A stretch of 64,000 nt of DNA. Source: Candidatus Kaiserbacteria bacterium (lineage in GTDB: Bacteria > Patescibacteriota > Minisyncoccia > Phycocordibacterales > UBA2100). The notes beneath the pieces were generated by a model. The model did not search any database. It was not told where the DNA came from and worked only from the letters and a program-made list of their open reading frames with translations. A program made the translations under genes and the position numbers. The DNA is taken from NCBI GenBank assembly GCA_016217925.1, contig JACRFK010000010.1:4784-68783 (forward strand). The letters run 5' to 3'. Shown here one piece after another: positions 62,136 through 64,000 of the stretch (positions are counted from its first letter, which is position 1; each line of letters opens with the position of its first letter).

Positions 62136-63575
62136 ATGACGACAAATTACGAACCGACCATAGGATTGGAAATTCACGCTGAGTTGAAAACTAAAACGAA
62201 GATGTTCTGCTGCTCCAAGAACGACGCAGATGCGACGCAGCCGAATGTACATATCTGCCCTGTCTGCATGGCTCACCCGGGCACACTGCCGGTCATCAAC
62301 GGGGAGGCGGTGCGTTTCGTATTGCGGGTAGGGCTTGCTCTTGGCGCGGAGCTTGCAGATTACACGGAGTTCGACCGCAAGAATTACTTTTATCCCGATC
62401 TTCCCAAGGGGTATCAGCTCAGTCAGTATGAATACCCACTCGTCTCCGGTGGGGAACTGAACGGCGTTGCGATAACACGGGTCCATCTCGAAGAAGATAC
62501 GGCGAGCTCAATGCACGTGGAAGGGCTAGGGACGACCATCGATTACAATCGCGCGGGGGTGCCCCTCATGGAGCTCGTAACCGACCCTGTCATCAAAGGT
62601 TCGAAGCAGGCAGGCGACTTTGCGCGAGAGTTACAACTTTTGCTTCGCACTCTGGGCGTGAGCGACGCCAACATGGAGAAGGGGCAAATGCGCGTTGAGG
62701 CCAATATATCAATATCAAAATCAGGGGAGCGTGGAACCAAGGTAGAGATAAAAAATCTCAACTCATTTCGAGCGATGGAGCGCGCCGTTGAGTACGAGAT
62801 CAAGCGCCAAGAAGCTGTTTTGGAAAAGGGAGAGGCGGTCGTGCAGGAAACTCGGGGCTGGGATGAGGGAAAACAAGCGACGTTCCCGCAGCGTGTAAAG
62901 GAGGGGAGCGCTGATTACCGATACTTTCCCGACCCAGATCTTCCATCGTTGAAGCTGTCGGAAGTCCCCGAATTCAGCAAAGAATCTCTACGTGCAACGA
63001 TGCCGGAGCTCCCGTGGGAACGCAGGGCCCGGTATCTAGCGCTCGGTATCAAGGCTGATGATGCACAGCTGTACGTCCAGGAACCGGAACTCGGTGGGTT
63101 CTTCGAGGAGGTCATAGCGCTGGTCGGTACGGACAAAGAGCGTGCCCTTGTCGCTAGCAACTACATTGCAAACGATCTTGTAAAATTAGTCCGAGATATT
63201 GAGGAACGAGATACAGGATATCAGTCTAAAATCAATATCTCGGCATCACATTTCGTAAAGATCGTTGATATGGTTGTGAGCAAAAAGATATCTTCCCGTA
63301 CTGCGAAAGATCTGTTGGCCGAAACAGCAAAAAGCGGCCGTGATCCCGAAGAGGTCGCCAAAAGTGCGAATCTGTACCAAGTAAGCGCAGGGGGCGATTT
63401 TGAGGCTGTGGTGGCAGATGTTATTTCAAAAAATTCTGGAGTAGTAAATGATTTCAAGAATGGAAAGGCTGCGGCGCTCGAATACCTTGTCGGGCAGTGC
63501 ATGAAGGCTTTGAAGGGTGCAGGGGATCCTGAGGCCCTGAGGGAGCTTCTCAAAGAGAGGATATCCGAGAAATGA
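62136..63575 (+). CDS. gatB: Asp-tRNA(Asn)/Glu-tRNA(Gln) amidotransferase subunit B
   Basis: IGLEIHAEL, FDRKNYFYPDLPKGYQ, HLEED, NRAGVPLMELV, DYRYFPDPDL. Confidence 0.97.
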   Translation: MTTNYEPTIGLEIHAELKTKTKMFCCSKNDADATQPNVHICPVCMAHPGTLPVINGEAVRFVLRVGLALGAELADYTEFDRKNYFYPDLPKGYQLSQYEYPLVSGGELNGVAITRVHLEEDTASSMHVEGLGTTIDYNRAGVPLMELVTDPVIKGSKQAGDFARELQLLLRTLGVSDANMEKGQMRVEANISISKSGERGTKVEIKNLNSFRAMERAVEYEIKRQEAVLEKGEAVVQETRGWDEGKQATFPQRVKEGSADYRYFPDPDLPSLKLSEVPEFSKESLRATMPELPWERRARYLALGIKADDAQLYVQEPELGGFFEEVIALVGTDKERALVASNYIANDLVKLVRDIEERDTGYQSKINISASHFVKIVDMVVSKKISSRTAKDLLAETAKSGRDPEEVAKSANLYQVSAGGDFEAVVADVISKNSGVVNDFKNGKAAALEYLVGQCMKALKGAGDPEALRELLKERISEK

Positions 63576-63852
63576 GGTTTGCGGGCTCTTTTGACCCAAA
63601 AGATAGGGTCTTTATAACCCCCGAACGTGCTCTCTTAAGTCCTCCGTCGGAACGTGTTCGTTCCGACGTGAACCTTCTATCGACCCTGGCCCGCGCGTAC
63701 TCGCGCGTGCCCGACCCGCCTCATATCGGCATTCGCCGACATTCGGCCCCTGGGGGCGCCCTCTTCGGGCGGGGTCGCCTCGCGGCGGGTTCATCCACAC
63801 GATATCCCCACTTCCACTAAGCGAGATTGGCAGTCCGAGGTACACTTATCGG

Positions 63853-64000
63853 ATGTCAGACGCGATGTGGTTGGAAGGGAAAGAGTATATATCGTCTAGA
63901 CGAGCATCAGAGTTAAGCGGCTACGCACAGGATTACATCGGACAGTTAGCTCGCAAGGGGCTCGTCGACGCTCGTCGGGTCGGCGGTTTGTGGTACATCT
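63853..64000 (+). CDS. Helix-turn-helix-led protein, truncated by window end
   Basis: MSDAMWLEGKEYISSRRASELSGYAQDYIGQLARKG..RVGGLWYI; TACACT 6 nt upstream. Confidence 0.75.
   Translation, partial: MSDAMWLEGKEYISSRRASELSGYAQDYIGQLARKGLVDARRVGGLWYI

Noticed and set aside
1-64000. CRISPR array or cas genes
   Set aside because: No regularly spaced direct repeats; the repeats found are dispersed palindromes.

Overview
Ordinary chromosomal DNA, most consistent with a Patescibacteria/CPR (Parcubacteria-like) genome. This is inferred from leaderless-type promoters, a CPR-type VirD4/TrwB-like ATPase, a non-Cys SecA tail and an HTH-led protein at the right edge. 1-25 kb: speD-family gene, tRNA-Ile, tRNA-Leu, murA/I/D/C, divergent purT/purN, DHFR-family gene with a CofE-like ligase, a cobalamin riboswitch upstream of two DUF4430 (transcobalamin-like) surface proteins, PiT/DUF47, rsmI and a PKD surface protein. 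25.6-58.6 kb: a large surface-glycan locus (many glycosyltransferases, two gmd, fcl, gmm, two sugar C-methyltransferases, Wzx, O-antigen-ligase/TPR protein). Then secA and gatB. The most striking signal is a family of miniature elements bounded by TCCCGTTAGA...TCTAACGGG inverted repeats. Three copies sit exactly on an ATG start codon and duplicate it (ATGAT/ATGAT, ATGCG/ATGCG, ATGAG/ATGAA). One copy is filled end to end by a 94-aa GIY-YIG nuclease ORF that takes its start and stop codons from the duplicated target. Also present: other palindromic insertions inside core genes, a tRNA 3'-end mini-island, a pair of mutually complementary candidate ncRNAs and an 18-aa Lys/Ala peptide upstream of secA. 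No CRISPR array, rRNA, integrase or transposase was seen. All family assignments are from motif recognition by eye, not database searches.
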